A stretch of DNA of 63,517 nt, the filler included, from Rhabdomonas costata (taxonomy: Eukaryota): assembly GCA_019059605.1 (NCBI GenBank). It is 56 parts of 56 records of this genome, joined end to end, with 100 filler letters (N's around TTAATTAATTAA, not from the genome) between each part and the next. Parts side by side here need not be neighbours in the genome. Positions count along the whole stretch, not along the records: positions 38,647 to 39,681 come from JAHMHO010032219.1; positions 39,782 to 40,816 come from JAHMHO010032220.1; positions 40,917 to 41,951 come from JAHMHO010032221.1; positions 42,052 to 43,086 come from JAHMHO010032222.1; positions 43,187 to 44,221 come from JAHMHO010032223.1; positions 44,322 to 45,357 come from JAHMHO010032224.1; positions 45,458 to 46,492 come from JAHMHO010032225.1; positions 46,593 to 47,627 come from JAHMHO010032226.1; 48 more parts are not named here. One strand, written 5' to 3'. Shown piece after piece: positions 38,547 to 49,896 of the stretch; within the stretch, counting starts at the first letter, position 1; every line of letters begins with the position of its first letter. The notes under the pieces are model-generated. The model was not told the DNA's origin. It worked only from the letters and a program-made list of their open reading frames with translations, and did no database searches. A program made the position numbers and the translations under genes.

Positions 38547-39485
38547 NNNNNNNNNNNNNNNNNNNNNNNNNNNNNNNNNNNNNNNNNNNNTTAATTAATT
38601 AANNNNNNNNNNNNNNNNNNNNNNNNNNNNNNNNNNNNNNNNNNNNTTGTTGGGGTCAAAGTGTCCTCACAGCAGGCAAATGCCCATCCAGACTGCGGAT
38701 TTGAGCTTCCAACTTGGAATGCACAACATCAACAATCTGAAATGGGCATTTGCCTGCTGTGAGGACACTTTGACGCCAACAACAAGCCGCAACGTCGCAA
38801 CGTGGCGGCTTGCCTCTCGGGGATAAAATATAATTGCAGATGGGGCTATATATAAGAGGTCTTTGCGGACATTTTATACTCAAAACCACGAGCAAATGGC
38901 AGTTATGGTTAATTTTAGTGAACAGCTCTTAGTGCGGAGCAACTAGACGAACAATCTCAAGCTCTACAGCATGCAAGTAACTGTTTTCATTGGACTGAGT
39001 GTGCTTCTCTGAGCTGCTCATCGCTTTTTGGTACATGTGCTTTTTTAGTACACAGTCTGATGTAAACGGTGCTTATCATGCAATTACTTCTTGAAATTAC
39101 GTGGAGTAGAAACGACCCGAAGGAGAATACTGACTGGTAATTCTCTCAGGCAAAAATCTCGAGAGAAAAAACAGGCTCCATGATGCGGTAAACCGTGGCA
39201 AAAGAAAAAGTTATCCGCCTCAGGAAAATGCGGAAAATAAAGTCAGTACTTCCGTCCGGTTGGCATGCTTCCTATTCTTCGTTTCCGTTGCTTTCTTTAT
39301 TTTTAATAGAAGATGAGAGGAATTCCTGGAATGTCTTGAGCAGATGATCTCCTAGTGGTTCTTTGTGGAAAGAGCTCTTTACAGTAAGTGCTTACGGGCA
39401 GCTTAGTTCTGCAACCGCAAGAGTGCAAACTACCAGTTTGTGGGATTGCATGACATCTTTATTAACCAGTTGAAGCACTTATGAA

Positions 39486-39681
39486 CCATGTGGTAACCTG
39501 GCACCGAATGCCATTGGTCCTTACAAGATCAACAAGCAGATCACGCAGAACACATTTGAGCTCGACATCACTGTCCGCAAAAAAATGCGGCCAGTCTTCC
39601 ATTCCAGCGAGCACATCCAATTAAAAACGCTGGAACGTGACCACGTTGGCGAGTTAACACAGCAAGAAAATGATAACAACC
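39486..39681 (+). mobile_element. Ty3/Gypsy LTR-retrotransposon integrase C-terminal GPY/F segment (degenerate fragment)
   Basis: GNLAPNAIGPYKINKQITQNTFELDITVRKKMRPVFHSS matches KL.P...GPY.I...I....(Y/F).L.LP......VFH.S; in-frame TGA just upstream at 39471. Confidence 0.8.
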
Positions 39682-40917
39682 NNNNNNNNNNNNNNNNNNN
39701 NNNNNNNNNNNNNNNNNNNNNNNNNTTAATTAATTAANNNNNNNNNNNNNNNNNNNNNNNNNNNNNNNNNNNNNNNNNNNNGTGGTGTTTGTATATAATC
39801 TGCTGAGGTGGGCCCGGGTGGGGGTTGTGGTGACATGGGCCCGCCTTGGCCAAGGAGGTCATGGCCATGTCAACTGCCAGGCAGCCTCCTATGTCGGCTG
39901 CGTGATGAATCTGATGGGCTGGGAGCTTAGCCTGGAGGATACTAACGGCCTAAGGGCTGCGGCCGCGACCCCTCCAGATCTTTTGGCTGTGCCTTGGCTG
40001 GTCAACTCCACAATGGTCTTCAGGCCGCAGCCCAAAGAAGTGGCGCTTCAGCTGCCTCTGCCCGACGCCGCGGACAATGCGTTTATCCAGCGGTACTTTG
40101 CTTTGGCCAACAGCAAGTGCTCTCCAGCCCTGACACCGACCTGCACTCCTCCTCTGTGATTGAAAAGAACGCTGGATTCAGAATCTCTGCTGGTGAGGCA
40201 GGTGGAGAAGGGGGGCACACCACTGACTTCCAGTACGCATGTATTTTGCTCGTGCCCTTTGTCGTTGGGAGAGTTTCCCTGGTCAGCTGTGATGATAGGA
40301 GCCACTTCGATAAAACCCTGCACTTTCAACTTTGCATTGGTGTTAACAAAGATAAGGTGGGTTGCCCTGTGAGAGTTCAGACTACAGACGATCTGGGTCA
40401 AAGAACACCGTTCAGCGACCGAGCAGAAATGAGACGATTGGAACGTGGTATATTTTGTTACGCCAGAAAGTGTGTTATGTGTTTGTACACGTTTTTATTG
40501 ACCAATAATATCCTGCCGTGGTAGATAAGCTTTCTCTCTGCACCCGTTTTCTCTCCGTTATCGGTCATCGGCAACCAATGGTGCCTGCTGCCATCCTGTT
40601 GGCGTTTTCCATGCTTCTCCTATTGGCCACCGCCAAGCTGCAGAACGTCTCTTTGGTCCTCCCAGAAGTAAGCACGGGTGTTTGTAATGGTCGGCTTCCG
40701 GTTTAGAGTATTTTCCTGCCTGATGTATCTATGATGGGTCGCTGAAAGACCACCAAGAAGCTGTCATTTTTTCTTCGAGTTTTGCCCCCTCCCCCTTTTT
40801 TTCCTTTTTCCTTTTTNNNNNNNNNNNNNNNNNNNNNNNNNNNNNNNNNNNNNNNNNNNNTTAATTAATTAANNNNNNNNNNNNNNNNNNNNNNNNNNNN
40901 NNNNNNNNNNNNNNNNC

Positions 40918-41232
40918 AGAAAGGAGCCCCAACTTGCCGAGGCTTTTCTTAACGTTGCCTTTGCGTCGCTGGCGATTCCGGATGGTACTGAGGGATCTTC
41001 ACTTGTTGTTACCCCTGGTGCCGTGGTCTCACTTCTCGAGCGGCTGTTCGATTGCATGTCGGATGTCATGGCCGCAGCGAATCAAGAACCCACTGAGCAT
41101 TTCAGAACGTGTGTGAACCTCTTCCTCTCGGAATGGCGCGGTCTCCCCCAAGACAGAGGCTTGGACCTGGAGGCATTCAAAGATACTTGGGTCTCAATGC
41201 ATCGCATTGTTCTGGAGCGACTTCCGGCGTAA
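40918..41232 (+). CDS. 3' end of a gene of unknown function
   Basis: Open frame from contig start to TAA (RKEPQLAEAFLNVAF...LDLEAFKDTWVSMHRIVLERLPA), followed by T-rich UTR-like sequence. Confidence 0.55.
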   Translation, partial: RKEPQLAEAFLNVAFASLAIPDGTEGSSLVVTPGAVVSLLERLFDCMSDVMAAANQEPTEHFRTCVNLFLSEWRGLPQDRGLDLEAFKDTWVSMHRIVLERLPA

Positions 41233-42227
41233 TGAAAAAGCTTACCCAAGGTGATTAACTAAGCAAATTGCTTAATTTTCCTGATGCTGGTCGAGGATGC
41301 TTTCGATGTTTTTCAGTGTGTGTTTGAATGGCTGTTGTCCCTTACCATGTTTGTATTTCTCCCACATTATTGAATTGTGCGATTTCTCGGTAACAAAACT
41401 TACGTTTGCTCGTGCATAACATTTTCTGTGTATTTTAGATTATATGCCATTTTTCACTGACTGTACCTGTGATTGTGATTGCATGCTTCGGTTTACCTTC
41501 GGATTTACCGGAGGCAGATGGTGTCGCGTGGGTCCCCAATTATCGACCACTTTCCTCCACTGTCATGTCCTAAGGAGGGATTGGTCATCTTGAACCGTCT
41601 GTTATCTGTGTAACTATCTACTCGCAACCAAAGACAAACACGTCATACCCTTGCGCAGAATGCAAAGGTTACTGTAGTCTGAACTTACTTAACACATATC
41701 AATCTCCAATGAAGCACAAAACCCAAGCAGCACGGAACCCAAGCAATGGTTGGCTGGAAGTCTTCGAACATCCGCGACGAGCTTCTGGTATTCATCTAGC
41801 ACCCCTCTCCCCCAAAATGTTTCATGAAATGCTAGTAGAACTATTTGCATCGGAGGACCCGTTGCGTTGGGGAATTTTGATCGTTTTCTCAGGGATTCAT
41901 CGCTTGGACGTGCCTTCGAGAAATGAAAACCTGGAAATTCCCGAATGTCAGNNNNNNNNNNNNNNNNNNNNNNNNNNNNNNNNNNNNNNNNNNNNTTAAT
42001 TAATTAANNNNNNNNNNNNNNNNNNNNNNNNNNNNNNNNNNNNNNNNNNNNTGTGTTGGGTCAGTGTACGTTCAGCTTTTTGTGGTCATCAGCACTGCAA
42101 GAAAAGCACCTCGGCGTGCCTTTATTGGTGGTCCTCCTCTTTTTTGCCCAGGCATGCCATCTGCCTTTGCTCACTCAGAAATTGTCCTCCTCCCCCCGCT
42201 CTATTGTTGTTCGACTATGCCATAAAA

Positions 42228-43086
42228 ATGCTGAGAATTCTCCCTCGGACTGCGCTCCCTGCTCTGTTCTCAAAGGTCATATTGGGGCACATGGCAAGTA
42301 GGAGTTCCTCGTATTCCTCGCCCGAAGACTCCGAAGTGGACGAGGCTCCACGCTTCAACCGCGTGTTCAACGCACCAGCGGGGCGCATGATGAGGGTTTC
42401 CCCGCTAGTCCGGCGCCTGGTGGCGGACAATCCGGGACCGTTCACCTTCACTGGCACATGCACCTATGTCGTGGGTCACGGTGAGGTTGTGGTCATCGAT
42501 CCAGGCCCTGACGACCCGGCTCACATCGACGCCCTTCTGGAAGCGCTGGTGCATGAAAAGGTGGTGGCCATTCTCACCACTCACACCCACTGCGACCACT
42601 CCCCTGGCGCCCGAGACCTGAAGGCGGCCACGGGCGCCACCCTTCTGGGCTGCGCGCCTCACTTCGCGGCTCGGGAGCTAGCCATGGGGGAGATCAACAA
42701 GCTTGACGCGGCAAACGACCTGGAGTACTGCCCGGACCATGTCATGGAAGACGGGGAAGTTTTCAAGGGCTCTGGGTTCTCGCTGCGTGCCGTGGCCACC
42801 CCGGGGCACACGATGAACCACTTATGCTTCGAGCTGGTCGAGGAGAAGGCCCTGTTCACAGGGGACCACATCATGGGATGGTCGACTTCCATTGTCGCGC
42901 CCCCTGACGGCTCGATGTGGCAGTATCTCGCGTCCCTGGAGATGCTCAAGACCCTTAACCATACCCTGTATTGGCCCGGCCATGGCGCTCCTGTGACGGA
43001 GCCCCGCCGGTTTCTGCGCTCGCTGATCTACCACCGGAGGCTGCGCGAGGAAGCCATTCTGTCCGTGCTGGCGAGCGGACCCCTCC
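42228..43086 (+). CDS. MBL-fold metallo-hydrolase (LACTB2-like, alphaproteobacterial type) with N-terminal extension; intronless, 3' truncated
   Basis: NPGPFTFTGTCTY, IDPGP, THTHCDH (HxHxDH), TPGHT.NH, FTGDHIMGWSTSIVAPPDG, WPGHG, HRRLREEAIL; ATG at 42228 (alternative 42291); upstream pyrimidine tract + CAG at 42148-42150. Confidence 0.93.
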
Positions 43087-43747
43087 NNNNNNNNNNNNNN
43101 NNNNNNNNNNNNNNNNNNNNNNNNNNNNNNTTAATTAATTAANNNNNNNNNNNNNNNNNNNNNNNNNNNNNNNNNNNNNNNNNNNNTGTTGGGTGTGTTG
43201 GGTGGGGGTGTAACGTTTCACGAAGGTCCCGGATCCTAGATTCTAGGTATTGGAGGGCAGGGGCGTTGCGCTTTTTGCTTGGGAAATTTTATAGCTCTTG
43301 GGGTGAGAGGGCGATATACGTATCTCTGAGGAAGTGTTCTTCCGGGGCTTAAGGGCTTATAGGGTGGCTGTGTGTTTTAGCGGCTTATTATCATTGTCCC
43401 AGATTCCCCTGTTTCTCCTTGTTTCCCCCCGTCATCCATCTATGCCCTTACCCTTAGTAAGTACTTTTTCGCGTTGGGTTTTTCCGAGGAAGACTTTTTT
43501 CAATTTGGAGGTGTACTTAGTGCCTGTTGGTTTATCAGTCGGTTTATTTTTCAGCCTCTTCCTCCCTTCATGCTGTGCACCGGTTTGCCGTCCCTGCCAA
43601 CCAGGGTAAATTTTAGCATTGCCTTTTTCCCTGACCCTGAACACCCTGTGGGCTGTTTGCTGCGGCAACATTGGTCAGAGCTGCTTTCAGCTATCTTTTG
43701 AAATACCTCATGTTCCTGGCCATAGCCTGGACTTGTGCTTCTCTCAG

Positions 43748-44094
43748 CCCACCAGGCTTCCCCGCAGTTGCCCCTCCTGCTCTGCGAACCGCCATCTGTC
43801 CACTCCCGCCGCAGCAGCCATGCGTCTGCGCATTCGACAGGGTCTCGGCAGGTCAACCTTCCAGGCGCGGGCAAGTCAAGCCTCCCCAGATCCCAGGAAC
43901 CTTCCCTTGCACCGCTTTGGCTACCCCCCGGTCCCGATGGCCATGCCATGCTCACCCCAAGAGCTGCTATTCGACGCCTTCCTTCTCTGCCTCTGCTGGG
44001 AGACTCTGCCCTACTCCCTTCGATGAACCCTTTTGATATGGTGGAGCAGCAGCAGCAGCAGCGGACCAGGTCCCTCGGCTGCTGCAGAGCCTAG
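43748..44094 (+). CDS. Possible low-complexity terminal exon ending in CCRA
   Basis: ttctctcag acceptor; Pro/Ser-rich frame with poly-Q, ending LGCCRA-TAG. Confidence 0.35.
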
Positions 44095-44604
44095 GCGTCC
44101 GCACCGTGCTGTCGAGCTTTGGTGCCTTTTCCCCGTTCATTTCTTTACAAATACACCTACCTTTTGGTTTATTGGGTTATATGGCGAAGGCTGGGGGTGG
44201 GGCTGATGGCGGGAGGTCTCCNNNNNNNNNNNNNNNNNNNNNNNNNNNNNNNNNNNNNNNNNNNNTTAATTAATTAANNNNNNNNNNNNNNNNNNNNNNN
44301 NNNNNNNNNNNNNNNNNNNNNCCATCTCCCAGTGGCCTTCTACTTGCTTACTTTAGCGTTGCCTCATGTGCGTGGGGGCGTCTGGATTCCAGCCTGCCAG
44401 TTCCATTCGCATGCATGGGTCGTAGTTCAACACAGTAGGAATCACGGCTCTCACATGTGGGTCTCACATGCTGCCAGCGTAGCGGTGGGTTCACGTGTCC
44501 GTAGAGAGGTGGTTTCACTCATGATTTCAGCTTGATATGGCAGTCTCAGTAAAGCTTCCAGGGTCTTTCCGGCCTTCCCCGTTTGGAGATCTCGAGTGAC
44601 TTCC

Positions 44605-44830
44605 TTGAATCCGAATGCGAATACCGACACAGAAGGCAGAACCCACGTCCGAAGAGGAACCCCGACACCGAAACCCAAAGGCAAGAACTCCGACGCACTC
44701 AAACCCTCGACTCGGGGACACGAACACAGAAGGCAAAGACCGAACCCAAAGACCGAATTCCTGACCCCGAAGACCAAACCCCGAAGACAAAAGGCATAAA
44801 CCCCGAATACTAAAGGCATAAAAAATGTAT
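44605..44830 (+). repeat. Degenerate ~7-nt-period C/A-rich satellite
   Basis: Units such as ccgaatg, cgaatac, ccgaaga, ccaaacc, ccgaata; same style as 49560-49896. Confidence 0.7.
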
Positions 44831-44864
44831 CCTCCCGAGACAAAGACTTAAATAACGACACGAA

Positions 44865-45330
44865 TTTTACCACCTGGGGGGACCACCTCCATCACCCCGG
44901 GAAGATAGTGGGGTATGGTGCCGCTACCTGCACCAGAGGGACCCTGGGGACCTAGAGACACCAACGCATGAACCCCACGAGAGACCCAGGGGGTACAGAC
45001 AGACATCCCTACCCCTAAGAGACAGAGGGGTGGAATTCTGAGGGGTGAGAGGGGTGGTGAGGACCTCCATGACCCCGGGATAACAGTAGACATAGATGCC
45101 CCTACCCGCATCTTTACCACCCTGGGGACCTAGAGACACCTCGATACCCAGATGCAGAAAGACCCCAGGGGGTACCCACATGGATGCCGACACCTAAAGA
45201 CCAACAGGGGGAATTGAGGGGTGTCAGGACCCTCCACCACCTCGGGAGACCCCGGGATGATGATGGTACCTGGATGCATCTACGGGCACCCAAGAGACCC
45301 AGACACCTAAAAGACACCCAGACCTCAGAA
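44865..45330 (+). repeat. Divergent tandem repeat, ~178-nt unit, about 2.6 copies
   Basis: acctccat.accccggga at 44885 and 45063; ccctggggacctagagacacc at 44942 and 45120; gaccccgggat at 45071 and 45248. Confidence 0.85.
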
Positions 45331-45806
45331 AACCACTGCACCCAACCCCTACCACCANNNNNNNNNNNNNNNNNNNNNNNNNNNNNNNNNNNNNNNNNNN
45401 NTTAATTAATTAANNNNNNNNNNNNNNNNNNNNNNNNNNNNNNNNNNNNNNNNNNNNGTTTGTTGTGAGTGTAGATGGTGTCACCTCATTTCCCCTCTCC
45501 ACCCTCTTTAAGGGCAGCCAACACCACCATTTCCCTGCCTCCACGTCTACGTCTACGTGGCTTGTCGATTCCCTTCGCCCCCATGCATTTCGTTCCAACA
45601 CATGAATACCGTCAACAACCGTCAACGTGTTGGTGATACCGTGGCACCGGTTGTAACCCATTCGGAGGCTCGTCTGAAACCTTAGAAAAATTACCCTCAC
45701 GTTTTAAAATCTTAAGCACCATTTGATTTTGTTGTGGGAAATGCAGCAGTACCACAAAACCGGAATGTGTTACACCACTTTGTCTTACTCCGTGTATGAA
45801 CTACAG

Positions 45807-46109
45807 GCAGCATTGCGTTCGGTGCTCGTCACCCTGCATCTCGACCCTGCTGTGTGGTACCTGACGGGAAAGGCCCGGATTTGGCTTGAGGTTCCTGCCC
45901 ACTTTATCGCCGCCACCGCACAAGGGCCTGCACCATGTTCTGCCACCGCGTCGGGCCGAGCCCTCTTCAGGATCACGGCAAGAGTTGCCGGGCAGCTGGA
46001 GCTGCCTGGCGTCACTCTGTGGGGTCACGCCCCGACGCCCCCGCACCTGCTGACCGAGCTTGACACGGTGGTGCTGGATCCCAGTCGGGGCCGAGTGCGG
46101 GCACGGTAA
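45807..46109 (+). CDS. Exon resembling the TRAPPC10/Trs130 C-terminal domain
   Basis: ctacag acceptor; DPAVWYLTGK...FRITARVAGQLELPGVTL resembles the W...G(K/R)......AG.L.LP.V.L pattern. Confidence 0.5.
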   Translation, partial: AALRSVLVTLHLDPAVWYLTGKARIWLEVPAHFIAATAQGPAPCSATASGRALFRITARVAGQLELPGVTLWGHAPTPPHLLTELDTVVLDPSRGRVRAR

Positions 46110-47016
46110 ATGGGGGGGGGGGGCTTCTGGCTTCTGTTGATGTCTGCTTTGTTGTCAAACGATCGTCTCTGAAGCAACTTTGTGTTCCCTAGATCCCTCT
46201 TTGATGTGAGCGCGCATTTTCTGCCCTTGTGAGGAAGATCTGACGGGAAAGTGCACCCAATATCTGACTGTTGAGGATCAGAGTTGAGAGTGGTTCCCCA
46301 ACGCTGGCCTTCAGCCCAGTCCAGTATCGCACCCCAACGGCATCAGCAGCCAACTGCGCCAATTTTTTGTCAGTATGCCCGCGGCTTTGTAGCTGTTGTT
46401 CCGCTTCCCTTCACACGTGTTAGCACCCAACCGCCAGCCGCCCGCCCGCCCCAAGCTCTGACGCCGAACCCGATAAAACTGAAATCCCGGTTNNNNNNNN
46501 NNNNNNNNNNNNNNNNNNNNNNNNNNNNNNNNNNNNTTAATTAATTAANNNNNNNNNNNNNNNNNNNNNNNNNNNNNNNNNNNNNNNNNNNNGGTTGTTT
46601 TTTTTAAATAAACTTGCTCTTGGCAAAAAAACCTACCACCATCACCCACACCATGACAGCATGACAACGACCACACGTATCGCCATCCAATGAAAGCTTC
46701 ACTCCCTGGGCAACTGCTTTATAAAAGAGTGGAAAAGGTCTCCGACCTCACCTCTCCTTCACCCTTAGCTAAGTCTTTTAGCTTGTCAACGAAACGGACA
46801 AAATACATGACCTCAGGCGCTGACTTTTTGTTCAAATAGCTGCGAAGAATATTTGAGGAGGGTCGGCGCAACACACACACACACTATAAAAAACGCATGG
46901 GTCTGTGCTCCTGTGCTCTTGTGCTCTTGTGTTGCTACTTCATCGTGTGGCTCATGGCAAAGTGTGGTGACGGGCCAGTAAAGGAGTGAGAGCCCCCCCC
47001 CGCACAGAAGAGAGAC

Positions 47017-47533
47017 CCGAGTGAGGTTGGACAAAAGCTGCGGAGCGGTGGCGGGCTCGCAGAAGTAGTCGTGGTACTCCTGGACATGCACACATCCCAT
47101 GGAGATTGGCAGCGAAGTGAAAGCATCAGCTGTGGATGAAACCTGCACTTGCGCCACACCGCACTGGCACTGGCATTGGCATTGGCATTGGCATTGGCAC
47201 TGGTACCGGCAAAACAGATGCAAGGTTTCTCTGCCTCATTTCATCGTTCGGGGTCGGGGTGGTCGGGGTGGTTCTATTCCGTACGATTCGAGCCAGCCTT
47301 TGCTTTCCACTGGTCCTCACCAAATCAGATTTCCTCAAAATGCAACAGCGGAGGCCACAGGGAGGGGATCACCACCTTCAGGGTGCTGAGCACGGCCAGG
47401 ATGTGCGCGGCGAGCTCGCAGGTCAGGGCGTCTGTGATGTCGCAGGCCTGGACCACCGAGAGCAAGTTGGGAAGCACTCCGTTGGTGCGGAACTGCTGGG
47501 ACATCGGCACCACGTACTTGCGGTACTCCAGCA
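47017..47533 (-). CDS. Two exons (47533-47376, 47079-47017) of a probable ARM/HEAT-repeat protein
   Basis: CAG acceptors, GT donors, phase-0 join: FRTNGVLPNLLSVVQACDITDALTCELAAHILAVLSTLK|EYHDYFCEPATAPQLLSNLTR. Confidence 0.6.
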
Positions 47534-47826
47534 CTGACAAAGACAAACACACGCTTCATATCATAAGGACCACAAAAAAAAGAGAGTCACAAAGACACGA
47601 AAGAAGAAAAGAGAGTCACAACAACACNNNNNNNNNNNNNNNNNNNNNNNNNNNNNNNNNNNNNNNNNNNNTTAATTAATTAANNNNNNNNNNNNNNNNN
47701 NNNNNNNNNNNNNNNNNNNNNNNNNNNTGTGGTGTTTTGTTAGCTACCACGTTTGGGACAGGTTTCACATTGCATCTTGCGCAGAAACACTTAAAGTGGT
47801 GACGATAAACGAGGATGAGGGCGCGC

Positions 47827-48716
47827 CTGCAGGCATTTCGGCCAGACGGCCGGAAATTTCTCGCAGGGCCTCAGCCCAGCGGGAGGTGGAGTCGGCCATC
47901 ATCGCAATGTGGAAGCCCATGTCACGGAAGTACTCCGCCAGAGTGATGCCTGTGAATTTACCCCAAAAATACCGACCAGTAATTCCTTCCAGGAAACTCT
48001 ATCAATTGAAGAAGATCTATCTGAGGAGGTGGTTTTCTTGCTCTAGCGCACTGTGTCCATACACAACACCTTTCCACACCTTTCCACCGTTGGGGGGGCA
48101 ATAATATGCCATACACAGCGCTCCTCGCTGACGACACTGGCAACCTCTGGCTTGCAGGGAAGCAAAGAAGGGAGGAAAGAAAGAACACAAAGTTGGGTAC
48201 CAGTATAAATGGAAGCCTCTCGAGCAGCGACAGGCATGTTCGAGGTGTTCGCCACAAGGACGGTGCGCTTCATGATCGACTCCTCCACACCGTTCACAAT
48301 AGCTTTGAGCTGTGGATGAGTGAAGCAAGACACACACACAGTTCAGTGTTCCTCGCTTTTTTTTTTGTGACGGTTGAGGGCGCCAACACGTTAAAACGCA
48401 CCTGCGGGAAGTCCATGAGCACCTCCGCCATCTCATTACCGCGCTCCCCGCAACCCACGTACACCACAGCCTCACAGTTGGAGAACTTGGACAAGGCCTG
48501 CGAGATCACCGTCTTGCCGCACCCGAAGGCCCCCGGAATGGCACATGTCCCACCCTGCACTGTGGGAAACAGGGCGTCCAGGATGCGCTGCCCTGTCAGC
48601 AGAGGGGTGCTCCCAGCCAGCTTCTGCTTCGACGGCCGGGGCTGCCGCACAGGCCACCGCTGCACCATGTTGAGCTTCCGCTTCTGGCCCTGGAACTCGA
48701 TCTCGATCAGGGGAGT
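47827..48716 (-). CDS. ATP6V1A: V-type H+-ATPase catalytic subunit A, three exons (48716-48402, 48309-48201, 47949-47827), partial
   Basis: [30 protein letters not shown] (P-loop), [70 protein letters not shown]; two GT-AG introns, then a GC donor. Confidence 0.98.
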
Positions 48717-49332
48717 CTGAAGAAAACCCAAAGAACAAAAAAACCAACCACACCCACCACANNNNNNNNNNNNNNNNNNNNNNNNNNNNNNNNNNNNNNN
48801 NNNNNTTAATTAATTAANNNNNNNNNNNNNNNNNNNNNNNNNNNNNNNNNNNNNNNNNNNNTATTCACTATGTGTCCTCTGCGTTCCCAGCAGTGGACGC
48901 TGTGGGCAGGGTTCTAGGAAGGTTTTCCGGGTTTACTCTTCAGACATCGTTTCTTTCTTTGTCTGGCATGGACGTATGTGGTGGTGGTTGGTCACCTTTT
49001 TCCGCCACTCTTCCGATTCTTGGCGTTGATGCTGTGTGCGGCGAGAGTTGCTCGCTTGGTGTGCCAGTTTGCACAGTGGATTGCGGGGTTCGTGCGGATT
49101 TGTGTTTCCGTTGTTATTCGCCGTGTGTCCTCTGTCCCAGCAGCGGGCACTTTGAGCAACAGAGCTCTGTGGAATTTCTCTTCAGATTTCTTCATATTTT
49201 GTTCCTTTTGTGTGTGGTCGTGTGATCTTTTGCTTTTGCTTGAGAACAACTTTTCCTCCACTCGTCAAATCCTTCCCTTGTTCCCTCGAAGCTTCCCGCT
49301 CCTTTCATTTCTCCTTTTTCACCCTGGAACAG

Positions 49333-49460
49333 TGGTGTGGCTGTTCCGCCGAGACGTTGCCGTCTTTGCGCTCATTTACACTGAGAACGCCAACTGGTCT
49401 ATTCAACTTCGCATGCGGAACCTCTTCTACGCATGGTACTGGGGCCTGAACTGTGCTTTG
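49333..49460 (+). CDS. Possible exon of a cation-channel pore-helix region
   Basis: Pyrimidine tract + CAG, TTG|GTGTAC donor; RNLFYAWYWGLNCAL resembles the CNG-type Y.YS.YW pore helix. Confidence 0.4.
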
Positions 49461-49559
49461 GTGTACTCGTGCAGTCGCGTAAAATGATGAAAGTCCTTTC
49501 TGATATACAAACAACCGACCTTGTCCTGGATCCGCAGACCCTTACCTAGCTACCTAACA

Positions 49560-49896
49560 AAACCGCCCTCCGAAGAGAGAAGAAGGAACCCGAACCCGGG
49601 ACCGAAGACCAAAAGTCCAACCACCAACTTCGATACCCTAACATCCTCGCCTTGGGAACACGCATGAAGACCAAAGACCTAAAGACCTGAAAACCAACCC
49701 CCAGAAGACCAAATACCGAAACCCCAACACCCGAATACCAAAGAGAGAAACCCCAACTCAGGAACCAAACCCCTAACTCAGAAATCCAACCCCTAAAGAC
49801 CGAACCCCGACATCCGAAATCCAACCCCCGAAGAGGAAACCCGAATACCAAATACCGGAACCCAAAATACGAACCCCTAACCCCAAATACCCGACA
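49560..49896 (+). repeat. Degenerate 7-nt-period C/A-rich satellite
   Basis: ccgaata|ccaaata|ccggaac|ccaaaat|acgaacc|cctaacc|ccaaata|cccgaca; includes ccctaa and ccctaaa units. Confidence 0.8.

Noticed and set aside
42228-43086. Antibiotic-resistance metallo-beta-lactamase
   Set aside because: The motifs fit the LACTB2-like/glyoxalase II-type MBL-fold hydrolases, not class B beta-lactamases.
48440-48470. VMA intein in V-ATPase A
   Set aside because: [11 protein letters not shown] is contiguous; no insertion.
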